A stretch of 44,690 nt of DNA, taken from assembly GCA_016195485.1 (NCBI GenBank), contig JACPZM010000035.1:1-44690 (forward strand), read 5' to 3'. The stretch is from Candidatus Troglogloeales bacterium. GTDB taxonomy: Bacteria; Nitrospirota; Nitrospiria; SBBL01; SBBA01. A program made the position numbers and the translations under genes. This document shows, piece by piece, positions 9,020-18,650 of the stretch. The notes beneath the pieces were generated by a model. That model saw nothing but the letters and a program-made list of their open reading frames with translations. It was not told where the DNA came from and ran no database searches. The stretch's first letter is position 1. Each line of letters starts with the position of its first letter.

Positions 9020-11028
9020 TATCCCATTTCCTCCCGTCGTCGTTGGGCAGTCTCAATGATTTTCGCCCCGAAGGCAAAGTTCAAAGAAAGGGTTTCAAAA
9101 AACGCGTCACGACTGATTTCTAAAACCTGCGAGTGCTCGACGGCTGTGACGGTTGTCGTGCGTGAAGCAGAGGACAGCAACGCAATCTCCCCCACAAAAT
9201 CGCCTGTGCCTAGGCTTTCAATTGGGTTGCCTTTTCTACTGACATCAAATTTCCCAGATAGAACAATGTAAAAATGGCTTCCTACGGCCCCTTCATGAAT
9301 GAGAACCGCCCCAGAAGGGACAGGACGCCTTTGAGAACGTTTTAGAAAATATGCCACTTCATGTGCGGTCATCTCCGAAAACAAGGGGATATGTCGCAGT
9401 TGCTGAGAAAGGCGAATCCAGAGCGTCACTTCTTCCCTCTTCAACGAAGAGACATCAATCGCCTGTTCAAATGCGTCACGAGAGATTGCAATCACTTGAG
9501 TGCGCTCCAGGGCTAAGACTGATGCCGTTCGAACACTATCCCTTAAGAGGGCCATCTCCCCAAAAGTATCCCCCGGCAATAGTTCTGCTACCCGTTCCTC
9601 AAGACCACTTTCGTATCGACGGACAACTGCCATTTTCCCCTCGCGAATAATAAAGAATTGGTCTCCCGTCGTCTCCTGACGAACCGCGTAGGCGCGAGGG
9701 GGCAGATCGATTAAAGACGAATGCGAAGCGATCACCCGCAACGTCTCTTGAGGAATCATCGCAAAGAAGGGAATAGCCGCTAATATTTCGGCAAGGGTCT
9801 CGACTTCGTGCGATCGCGGCGATCCTATATTTTTAGAACGCTTTGCCTGCCATGTCTGAAACAGCCACCGTAAGATATAAAGGAGGCCCCCCCCGATGGC
9901 AACTGCAATTCCGGTCAGTAACGTCCCCAATAAAATCGATACCCCTAAGGAACTCTCTCCCGACTCACGGAGTATTGTGTAGAGGGACGAAAAGAGACTC
10001 TTTGTCAGCGCCTGACGGAAAAGGATAAAACCAATGTAACCCCATAGTAAATAGAGGAGCGCCAGAACAATAAAGATAGGCTCCGAAGGGAGCGGGGGGG
10101 TTCGTTCGGACGTTCTTCGCCAAAGTCGGCGAATAAAATACGCGCGCGCATCCTGCCCGATGGATACTTTACCTGTAAGCGCTTCTATCAATCCGATAAA
10201 CGGGCTTCCGCCAAACGGCCGAAACATCCACCAGAAGATGACGATTGTTCCTACGATCGCTCCCGAAATGAATGCAGGGGAAATAAGCCCCCTCTGGTAT
10301 GCCCCTAAAGCCATTGCCAGGGCGATGGGGACGGAAGACAGCTCTGAAAGCGCCAATGCAATGGGGGCTTTTGGACCGGCAACCCGTACGTCACGCGAAT
10401 CCATGAAGAAAAAGGGGACTCCCATCTGCAACGCCACTCCGATACGCCAAGGCCATGTTCCAGCTTGAGCAAGGACAATCAGCGCCAGAATCGAATACAA
10501 GGAAAGGACGATTGCAACCGATCCCCAGATTGCTAAAAGCATTGTAGCGCCTCTCATCGCGCCATCTGGAAAGGTTTCCGTCACCAATAGACCCACCGCA
10601 ACGATGCAAGACAAAAGGAGTCCCACAGCCCATGGCCAAGCCTGTTTTGTCCCGGAGACTTTTTGAGGAAGAGGAAGCCGAAAGCCCAGAACCCATCTGC
10701 CGAATTTACGGTCAGGCTGAATCGCCTCCAATTCCGGAATGATAAATCCCTTGATCCGTAGGTCCGCGATACGATTCAAGAGCGCCAATAATCCAAATCC
10801 TCTTCCTTGTTCCAATCGCTCCCGTATCAGATCACCAATGGTTTTTATGCCGTCCAATAAAGAGAGAACTGTCCAGTCTGCGGCAGGAATCGTTGTGTAT
10901 CGGCCTACGTCGGCGCGGCGCAAGACGCAGGCGTTGTTAGATTGCAGATGAGGCGTTACTTGTGGATGAAAGCGAAAGGCAACCTGCTCGATCCGTTTTA
11001 CGGGACCTTCTTTTGGATCGTTTTTCAC
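9019..11028 (-). CDS. polytopic membrane protein with two C-terminal cyclic-nucleotide-binding domains
   Basis: 669-aa ORF. The N-terminal soluble region is possibly PqqD-like. The central part contains many hydrophobic helices. Two CNB signatures are present (FGEMALL...RTASV and FVGEIALL...RTTTV). No HExxH motif was seen. Confidence 0.8.
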   Translation of the reverse strand: MKNDPKEGPVKRIEQVAFRFHPQVTPHLQSNNACVLRRADVGRYTTIPAADWTVLSLLDGIKTIGDLIRERLEQGRGFGLLALLNRIADLRIKGFIIPELEAIQPDRKFGRWVLGFRLPLPQKVSGTKQAWPWAVGLLLSCIVAVGLLVTETFPDGAMRGATMLLAIWGSVAIVLSLYSILALIVLAQAGTWPWRIGVALQMGVPFFFMDSRDVRVAGPKAPIALALSELSSVPIALAMALGAYQRGLISPAFISGAIVGTIVIFWWMFRPFGGSPFIGLIEALTGKVSIGQDARAYFIRRLWRRTSERTPPLPSEPIFIVLALLYLLWGYIGFILFRQALTKSLFSSLYTILRESGESSLGVSILLGTLLTGIAVAIGGGLLYILRWLFQTWQAKRSKNIGSPRSHEVETLAEILAAIPFFAMIPQETLRVIASHSSLIDLPPRAYAVRQETTGDQFFIIREGKMAVVRRYESGLEERVAELLPGDTFGEMALLRDSVRTASVLALERTQVIAISRDAFEQAIDVSSLKREEVTLWIRLSQQLRHIPLFSEMTAHEVAYFLKRSQRRPVPSGAVLIHEGAVGSHFYIVLSGKFDVSRKGNPIESLGTGDFVGEIALLSSASRTTTVTAVEHSQVLEISRDAFFETLSLNFAFGAKIIETAQRRREEMG

Positions 11029-11066
11029 AATTAAGCAATAGGGGCTGTTACGTTTGCAACGTTCGC

Positions 11067-11096
11067 ATTAAATCTCAAAGCACTCCCCATTGTCAA
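11067..11096 (-). promoter_or_regulatory. sigma70-like promoter for the CNB membrane protein gene
   Basis: On the minus strand, TTGACA (11096-11091) is followed by 17-18 nt and then ATTTAA/TTTAAT (11073-11067). Confidence 0.45.
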
Positions 11097-11129
11097 GATA
11101 AGGGGGGTGAGCCTTTGTGAAACGTTTTA

Positions 11130-11291
11130 TTACGCCGCTGAATGTTTCTCCACAAACTTTTTAATCTCTTCGATATTTTCCAAGATCATCTTGGCCTTTT
11201 TGATCCCAAATTGAAATGGAAACTTATCTTCGGCCGACTGTTTAAGCACCAACATTGCGTTTCCTTTATACTCTGATTCTTCTACTGGCAT
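11130..11291 (-). CDS. small conserved hypothetical protein (53 aa), tentatively PC4/YdbC-like
   Basis: The internal ATG at 11291 is preceded by AAGGAGA plus 6 nt. It overlaps the hydrolase stop by 10 nt. The EYKGN.MLVLK....F.FGIKKAKMILENIEEIKKFV pattern is only weakly PC4-like. Confidence 0.5.
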   Translation of the reverse strand: MPVEESEYKGNAMLVLKQSAEDKFPFQFGIKKAKMILENIEEIKKFVEKHSAA

Positions 11292-12118
11292 ATTTTGTCT
11301 CCTTTGTTTTGTAATAAATCGTTCAACCAACTGAAAAGATCCGCAACAACTCTCTCCCGACCCATCTCATTAAACGGTTCATGATAAAACCGATCATAAA
11401 AAATCAACCGTTTTTTCTCTGATTTTATCTTATCATAAAGCCTCTGCGCCCCCTCGGGAACGACGATTGTATCCCCTGTTCCCTGAAGAATCAAGACCGG
11501 CAGGGCAATCTGATCCGCTCGTCTCTTGACCATATCGTTCATCTTCCGAAGTGCGTAATAAAATCGGGGCGTGCCGCTCGATTGTATAAGCGGATCGGCA
11601 CGAAAAGCGGTCGTCATCTCCGGATCATGACTCAATTTTTCTGGATTGCTGGGATATCGAATATGAATGGTTGGGCAAACAAAATTCAATACAACCCCCA
11701 TAAAATGAATGATCCATGGAAGAGGAAAGAACTCGTAGGCCGGAGCAGAAAGAATTATCCCATCCACCCCGTTCGGAAAATGAATACAAAATGCAGACAC
11801 CACCAATCCGCCGAGGCTGTGACCGATTAAAAAAAGCGGTATCTTCGGATGGGTATTCCGGGCCACGACAATCATTGCTTTCAGATCGTCTAAAAAATCG
11901 GTGTAATGCGCCACATCCGTTCTGCGGCCGGTCGATTTTCCAAACCCCCTCTGATCGTAAGCAAACACAGCAAAATCGACTTCCGCAAGTTCCCGTTGGA
12001 GCTTAAAATATCGGCCTCCATGCTCGCTCAAGCCATGAACAATTATTAGAACAGCGCGTGGATTTTCCGGAGCAACCAAACTATAGGATAAAGTAACATC
12101 CGCAAGCTGCAACTCCAC
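11282..12118 (-). CDS. alpha/beta hydrolase (lysophospholipase/monoacylglycerol lipase-like)
   Basis: 278-aa ORF with HGLSEHGGRY and the nucleophile elbow GHSLGG. Confidence 0.85.
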   Translation of the reverse strand: MELQLADVTLSYSLVAPENPRAVLIIVHGLSEHGGRYFKLQRELAEVDFAVFAYDQRGFGKSTGRRTDVAHYTDFLDDLKAMIVVARNTHPKIPLFLIGHSLGGLVVSAFCIHFPNGVDGIILSAPAYEFFPLPWIIHFMGVVLNFVCPTIHIRYPSNPEKLSHDPEMTTAFRADPLIQSSGTPRFYYALRKMNDMVKRRADQIALPVLILQGTGDTIVVPEGAQRLYDKIKSEKKRLIFYDRFYHEPFNEMGRERVVADLFSWLNDLLQNKGDKICQ

Positions 12119-12128
12119 TGTCGTTATT

Positions 12129-12169
12129 CCGCCCCTTCAAGGAGCGGCAAGGTGGGGATAGGGTTCATT
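12129..12169. repeat. family A palindromic element, forward orientation
   Basis: CCGCCCCTTCAAGGAGCGGCAAGGTGGGGATAGGGTTCATT is near-identical to 33005..33046. Its TTCA supplies the TGA stop codon of miaB on the minus strand. Confidence 0.7.
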
Positions 12170-13478
12170 CAATAACCTCACCGTAAAGGGCGCCTGTAGT
12201 GGTTTCCGTGACTCTAACAGAAACAAATTCTCCCGGATTAAAAGCCGTTTTTGGAAAGACCACGGTAAGATTTCCTGCTGTCTTTCCCATTTGTTGATTG
12301 ATCCCTTTATCCGCACTTCCTTCAATAAGAACGCGCACCGTCTGCCAGCTATAACACCGATGTTTTGCAAACGCAATCTCATGCTGTATATTGTTCAGGC
12401 GAACAATCCGATTCGTTTTATCAACCTCCGCAACATCATCAGGATAGTCCCTTGCCGCAATCGTTCCTTTTCGTTCAGAGTATTTAAAAATAAAGGCGTT
12501 ATCAAATTGTACGGCATCCATCAACTGCACTGTTTCTTGAAAATCTTTCTCCGTCTCAGTCGGAAATCCAACGATCATATCGGTTGTTAACGTAGTCGTG
12601 GGGATAACACGGCGAATCGTTTTCACAAGACCCAGATATTCCGCGGATGTATAAGTTCGATTCATCAGGTTTAAAATCCGATCGGAGCCAGATTGCAGAG
12701 GGAGATGAATATGATTGCAGATGTTGGGATATTCGGCAATCGCGTATAGTAATTTTTCAGAAAAATCTTTTGGATGAGGCGATGTAAATCGAATTCGTTT
12801 CAAACCGGGAATCTGCGCGGCCTTTACAATCAGATCGGCAAATGTCTCTCCTTCATGACAATAAGAATTAACATTCTGCCCTAACAGGGTTACCTGCGGG
12901 TATCCTGCGGCTACAAGTTGTTCCAACTCATTTAAGATCGAAGGAATAGAGCGACTTCGCTCCCGCCCGCGTGTGTAGGGGACCACGCAAAAGGCGCAGA
13001 AATTATCACAGCCGCGCATAATCGTGACCCATGCATTGACCCCTTCTATGCGAGTCGGGGCAATATCGCTGTAGGTTTCATATTCCGAAAGTGATGCCTC
13101 TACCTCATGATGATTCGTCTGAACGATTCTGTCAATGAGATTTGGCAATGCCCGATAATTATCAGGACCTACGACCAGATTGGCCACCGGGTGCATCAGC
13201 AATTCCTCTTTGAGATTCTGGGCCATACATCCTAATACGCCAACAACGAAAGGTCGATGCTCGGCCTCTCTTTGCTTTTTGAGCGGGCGCAGGATGTCCA
13301 AACGGCCGTATATCTTCCGATGGGCATTTTCCCGAATGGCACATGTATTCATCAACACCACCTCGGCATCGTTTGCTGACGATGTCATCTGATGGCCTTT
13401 GGCAATTAAAATCGACCGAATCAGTTCCGAGTCGGCAACGTTCATCTGACAGCCGTATGTTTCTAAAAGGATGTTCAC
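12165..13478 (-). CDS. miaB: tRNA-i6A37 methylthiotransferase
   Basis: 437-aa ORF with the N-terminal ETYGCQMN...NTCAIRE...GCMAQ cluster, radical SAM CDNFCAFCVVPYTRG, and a TRAM C-terminus. The GTG start overlaps the mtaB stop (GTGA). Confidence 0.9.
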   Translation of the reverse strand: MNILLETYGCQMNVADSELIRSILIAKGHQMTSSANDAEVVLMNTCAIRENAHRKIYGRLDILRPLKKQREAEHRPFVVGVLGCMAQNLKEELLMHPVANLVVGPDNYRALPNLIDRIVQTNHHEVEASLSEYETYSDIAPTRIEGVNAWVTIMRGCDNFCAFCVVPYTRGRERSRSIPSILNELEQLVAAGYPQVTLLGQNVNSYCHEGETFADLIVKAAQIPGLKRIRFTSPHPKDFSEKLLYAIAEYPNICNHIHLPLQSGSDRILNLMNRTYTSAEYLGLVKTIRRVIPTTTLTTDMIVGFPTETEKDFQETVQLMDAVQFDNAFIFKYSERKGTIAARDYPDDVAEVDKTNRIVRLNNIQHEIAFAKHRCYSWQTVRVLIEGSADKGINQQMGKTAGNLTVVFPKTAFNPGEFVSVRVTETTTGALYGEVIE

Positions 13479-14815
13479 GACAACACCCCCACGGCCATAT
13501 CGCCCGTAACCCCCATGATAAAAACAGGCAATAATTGACCCGCCAGGTTGGTCGAACTCCTAACCCTCACCCGTATATAATTGTCGGTGTAGCCGGAATA
13601 AAAAGTCGGAACGCCGACTGCGTTATTATTTTCAAATAAAACATCAAACACCCTGCCAATAGCCGCGTTATAAAATGTTTGTTTTTTCTTTTTGGAAAGA
13701 TCGCGCAGAATCTGTGACCGTTGTCGAATAATGGACGAAGGGACATTTTGAAGACCCATCCGCGTCAGACGGGTTCCCTCCCGCATTGAAAACGGAAACA
13801 CATGCAGATAGGCAAAAGGAAGCAATTCAATGAGGGAAACCGTTTCGAAAAATTCTTCTTCTCCTTCCCCGGGAAATCCCACCATCACATCGGCGCCCAG
13901 AGATAAATTTTGGACTTTATCCATCGCTTCATTAACAAACGTAATATAATCTTCTCGCGTATAGCGCCTGCCCATCTTGGATAAGATATTGTTACTGCCG
14001 CTTTGCAAAGGCAGATGCAGATGCGGACAGAGCTTTGTATTGCCCATGTAATCTAAAAGCAAAGGAGAGACAGTGGTCGGCTCAATCGATGAGATCCGAA
14101 CACGGGCAAGCCCCTTGACCGCATCCAGCGCGATGATCAGATCAGCCAATCCCCTATCCTCACAGGAATATTCTCCCAGGTTCACGCCAGTTAATACAAT
14201 CTCTTGGAATCCTTGCGCGGCCCAAAGAGATACTTCTAACAAAACATCATCAAACTTTCGGCTTCGCTCTCGCCCTCGCGTATAAGGAATAATGCAAAAC
14301 GAACAGAAGAAATCACAGCCATCTTGAATCTTAACGTTGGGTCGGGTTTGATGATTAAAGACCGCAAATGTGGGTAGCGTAAAATCATCTTTACTGATTT
14401 TGGGTGAGTGGAAGATTAGCGGTTCTGATAATTTGCCAAAACCTTTTCCAAGCGCGTTTTGAATCAGCGCAGGAAGGAGCATCTTATGACCAGAACCTGC
14501 AATCAGATCAATCCCCGGCATCTTTCGCAAGGCATCGACCCCAACCTGCGCATAACACCACGTAACGGCAAGAAATGTGTTTGGGTTTTTCTTCAGGATT
14601 TTTCGTATCAAGCGACGCGTGTCCGCCTCAGCGGATTCTGTAACCGAGCAGGTGTTAATGACGCAAAGATCGGCAGTCGTTGCAGGATCCACAACCGTAT
14701 ATCCAGCCGTTGCAAACCCTCCGCCCAGGGAGTCGCTTTCTGACTGATTCAGCCGGCACCCAAAGGTATGAAATGCAACAGTCAGGTCTCGATGGGGTAA
14801 CCGGCTTGGATCCAT
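13475..14815 (-). CDS. mtaB: tRNA t6A37 methylthiotransferase (MtaB-type)
   Basis: 446-aa ORF with AFHTFGCRLNQSESD, NTCSVTE, radical SAM CDFFCSFCIIPYTRG and a TRAM C-terminus. It reads VTWCYAQ where homologues have VTGCYAQ. Confidence 0.85.
   Translation of the reverse strand: MDPSRLPHRDLTVAFHTFGCRLNQSESDSLGGGFATAGYTVVDPATTADLCVINTCSVTESAEADTRRLIRKILKKNPNTFLAVTWCYAQVGVDALRKMPGIDLIAGSGHKMLLPALIQNALGKGFGKLSEPLIFHSPKISKDDFTLPTFAVFNHQTRPNVKIQDGCDFFCSFCIIPYTRGRERSRKFDDVLLEVSLWAAQGFQEIVLTGVNLGEYSCEDRGLADLIIALDAVKGLARVRISSIEPTTVSPLLLDYMGNTKLCPHLHLPLQSGSNNILSKMGRRYTREDYITFVNEAMDKVQNLSLGADVMVGFPGEGEEEFFETVSLIELLPFAYLHVFPFSMREGTRLTRMGLQNVPSSIIRQRSQILRDLSKKKKQTFYNAAIGRVFDVLFENNNAVGVPTFYSGYTDNYIRVRVRSSTNLAGQLLPVFIMGVTGDMAVGVLS
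13605..13622. repeat. family C repeat half-site inside mtaB
   Basis: GTCGGAACGCCGACTGCG is identical to the right arm at 40135..40152. It encodes AVGVPT within the MtaB TRAM region. Confidence 0.7.
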
Positions 14816-15141
14816 GCTCCAAATCCACCTTCCATCGAGGCAACATTCTCATATCCCATTCTTTTCAAGGACTGAGCCGCGACTGCGCTTCTTCAGCCTC
14901 CTGCGCAATGCAGAATAATGAGCTTTGCTTTATCGTTGACACGTCGTTCAATCGTCATTTCAAGAACCCCGCGCGGAATAGAAGCGGCTTCTGGAATCCG
15001 TCCTTTCTGGTATTCTTCCGATTCTCGAACATCGATTAGAAGAAAGTCGGCCTGTTGATCCATCTTCCCCTTGACTTCATTGACCTGTAACAATTGAATC
15101 TCTTGTTCTGCTTCATGAACAAGATCTTTCCATCGCTTCAT
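14782..15141 (-). CDS. single-domain rhodanese sulfurtransferase interrupted by an in-frame TGA (14893-14895)
   Basis: The sequence reads ...LIDVRESEEYQKGRIPEA...LILHCAGG-TGA-RSAVAAQSLKRMGYENVASMEGGFGAWIQAGYPIET-TGA. The TGA falls in the C-x-x-G-x-R-S active-site loop, and the 36 downstream in-frame codons complete a canonical rhodanese fold. Confidence 0.7.
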
Positions 15142-16251
15142 TTATATTTCTCCTAAAAGGTGCGAAAGAACGGGCGCAACAAACGCTTCAAACCCGTCCA
15201 CAATATCTTCTGGTTCTCCAGACAAACAAATCACAGGCTTCATTGCGATAACCCCTAATAGAGTTGGTTTTATATTAAAGGATTCCGAAATGATCGCTTG
15301 TCTATGGGCCTCCAAAGTGGCGACGGGATTGGTCATCTGATAGGCGCTTACCCCTTTAATCAGATCGGACATAAAGTATCCTCCTAACGCGCGGGTTGCC
15401 CCAGAGAGCACGACCATATCGACCTTTCCAACAACTTCTACTATTTTTTTTATAAATGGCAAAAGGTCGTTTGGCATGATTCCGTAAAACAAGGGAAGCC
15501 CCCCTGATTTTGAAATCATCGCGGAGAGGCAAGACGCATTACAGTCATACTTTGACCCGATCTTGTAAGTGGTCCCGGGAGCGATCAGCTCTTTTCCTGT
15601 TGAGAAGACGGCCACCTTTGGGGGACGCGAGACCTTCACCTTCAGAATCCCCTGATGAGCCAGTACAAGAATATCGCTTGCATTAAGCGTGCGCCTCTTA
15701 CGAAAGATAATGTTGCCAACTTTGCGCACAGACCCTTGAAGAATAATATTCTCATGCTTTTCCACGCGACGGATTACATGAATCACCTCGTCTGATCGCT
15801 CTACTTCAGTCTCCTTCAAAACAGCATAATGGCCTTCCATAAACCGTTTAATCGCCATATAGCTATCTATCTCCACCTTAACTGTCTTTCCCAATGGAAG
15901 TTCAATCGCCATACTCGGATCGGGAATATCCCCTACAAGATCGAATGTCATCGGCCTCTTAAACGAGGCCAATGCGGTACCGGAAGCAAGAAGAAGATAC
16001 CCGCTAACCGTCGACTTTGAATATGGGGGATCGTCCGCCACTGCGGCCAGATCTTCCGAAAGAACGCGTCCTATCGCGCTTACAATAGCCACTTCCTCCG
16101 ACTCGCGAGGGCCTTTCTCGATCCGGTCAAGCAAACACTCCAGCGCTTCTTTTTTAGCAACCTTTACCCCAGTCATTTTCATGCCGGTTATGTTTTTCAT
16201 GTTTTTCATCTTTTGAAAACAGCCACCGAAAGAATTTCCAAACAGGCACAT
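15142..16251 (-). CDS. MoeA-like molybdopterin-binding protein, divergent and lacking the C-terminal domain
   Basis: MoeA-like N-terminal region (AIGRVLSEDLAAVADDPPYSKSTVSGYLL versus the usual ..PPFd.SAMDGYA.), an MoCF domain (VAVFSTGKELIAPG, VLSG, KPVICLSGEPED), and the protein ends right after ..APVLSHLLGEI. The TAA stop abuts the rhodanese ATG. The start is uncertain (ATGAAAAAC ATGAAAAAC repeat). Confidence 0.65.
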   Translation of the reverse strand: MCLFGNSFGGCFQKMKNMKNITGMKMTGVKVAKKEALECLLDRIEKGPRESEEVAIVSAIGRVLSEDLAAVADDPPYSKSTVSGYLLLASGTALASFKRPMTFDLVGDIPDPSMAIELPLGKTVKVEIDSYMAIKRFMEGHYAVLKETEVERSDEVIHVIRRVEKHENIILQGSVRKVGNIIFRKRRTLNASDILVLAHQGILKVKVSRPPKVAVFSTGKELIAPGTTYKIGSKYDCNASCLSAMISKSGGLPLFYGIMPNDLLPFIKKIVEVVGKVDMVVLSGATRALGGYFMSDLIKGVSAYQMTNPVATLEAHRQAIISESFNIKPTLLGVIAMKPVICLSGEPEDIVDGFEAFVAPVLSHLLGEI

Positions 16252-16318
16252 TCATATCACGAAGTTCATTTTTAATTCAAGTCGGCCGTAATGATAGATT
16301 TTGAGCGCGACAAAAAAC

Positions 16319-16349
16319 TTGACATTGATTTCATGCGTATCATACAATT
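16319..16349 (+). promoter_or_regulatory. promoter for the cold-shock gene with a ~150-nt leader
   Basis: TTGACA at 16319-16324, followed by 17-19 nt and then ATACAA/TACAAT (16342-16349). A long 5' UTR is typical of cspA-type genes. Confidence 0.45.
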
Positions 16350-16497
16350 CGGGCCGTAAGGAAGTTGTCCTGATGGCCAACCGTTTCAGAGTGACTTTGG
16401 AAAGACGCTATGAGGTGTACGGCGAAGGATGTGGAGGCGATGCCATGCATCGCCCCCGCTGTCAGGGCAGAATATTTAATGTAAGGAGGAAGTAGAA

Positions 16498-16707
16498 ATG
16501 CCAAAAGGTCGTGTCAAGTGGTTTAACGCCAGCAAAGGATATGGATTCATCACACAGGATAGTGGAACGGATGTTTTCGTTCATTTTTCTGCGATCGAAT
16601 CGGACGGATTTAAGTCTCTTCAAGAAGGTCAAGAAGTTGAGTTCGAGGTAACATCTGGCGCAAAAGGACCACAAGCGGCGAAAGTGACTGCAACTGCCGT
16701 CGCCTAG
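16498..16707 (+). CDS. cspA: cold-shock protein, CspA family
   Basis: 69-aa ORF with [15 protein letters not shown] (RNP1) and VFVHFSAI (RNP2). AGGAGG precedes the ATG. Confidence 0.95.
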   Translation: MPKGRVKWFNASKGYGFITQDSGTDVFVHFSAIESDGFKSLQEGQEVEFEVTSGAKGPQAAKVTATAVA

Positions 16708-16726
16708 CGTTTTTCTGGGGCAACGC

Positions 16727-16752
16727 GCCCTGCGAGGGGTGCGACCCCTGCG
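16727..16752. repeat. family D repeat (GCCCTGCGAGGGGTGCGACCCCTGCG)
   Basis: A 26/26 match to the reverse complement of 2649..2674, which lies inside the lysine-rich gene. It contains the AGGGGT-gcg-ACCCCT hairpin. Confidence 0.8.
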
Positions 16753-16760
16753 AGGTACGC

Positions 16761-16784
16761 GGGAGAGGGACAATTCCCTCTCCC
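16761..16784. terminator. perfect 10-bp hairpin between convergent csp and pyrG
   Basis: GGGAGAGGGA-caat-TCCCTCTCCC. No clear T-tract follows on the plus strand. Confidence 0.45.
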
Positions 16785-16816
16785 CCTGCTCTCTTTCACA
16801 TCCGTATCTCCGTCCC

Positions 16817-18470
<1,654 letters not shown>

Positions 18471-18650
18471 TCATTCGCGCAATTCATCTCCATCAATATA
18501 TTCTATTTGGAAACAATAAACAAGATTAGCCCAAATGCCGCTTAACATGGTACAATCTGCCGATGTCCTCGATTTGGTTCTGGTCAATATGACCCTGAGT
18601 GGTCAGTTGCAGCATGGTAGATAGAAAAAAGAAAGGGGTGGTTTGAAAAG

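Noticed and set aside
9019-11028. Calling the CNB membrane protein a site-2 (M50) metalloprotease
   Set aside because: No HExxH or NPDG-type motif is visible in the membrane region.
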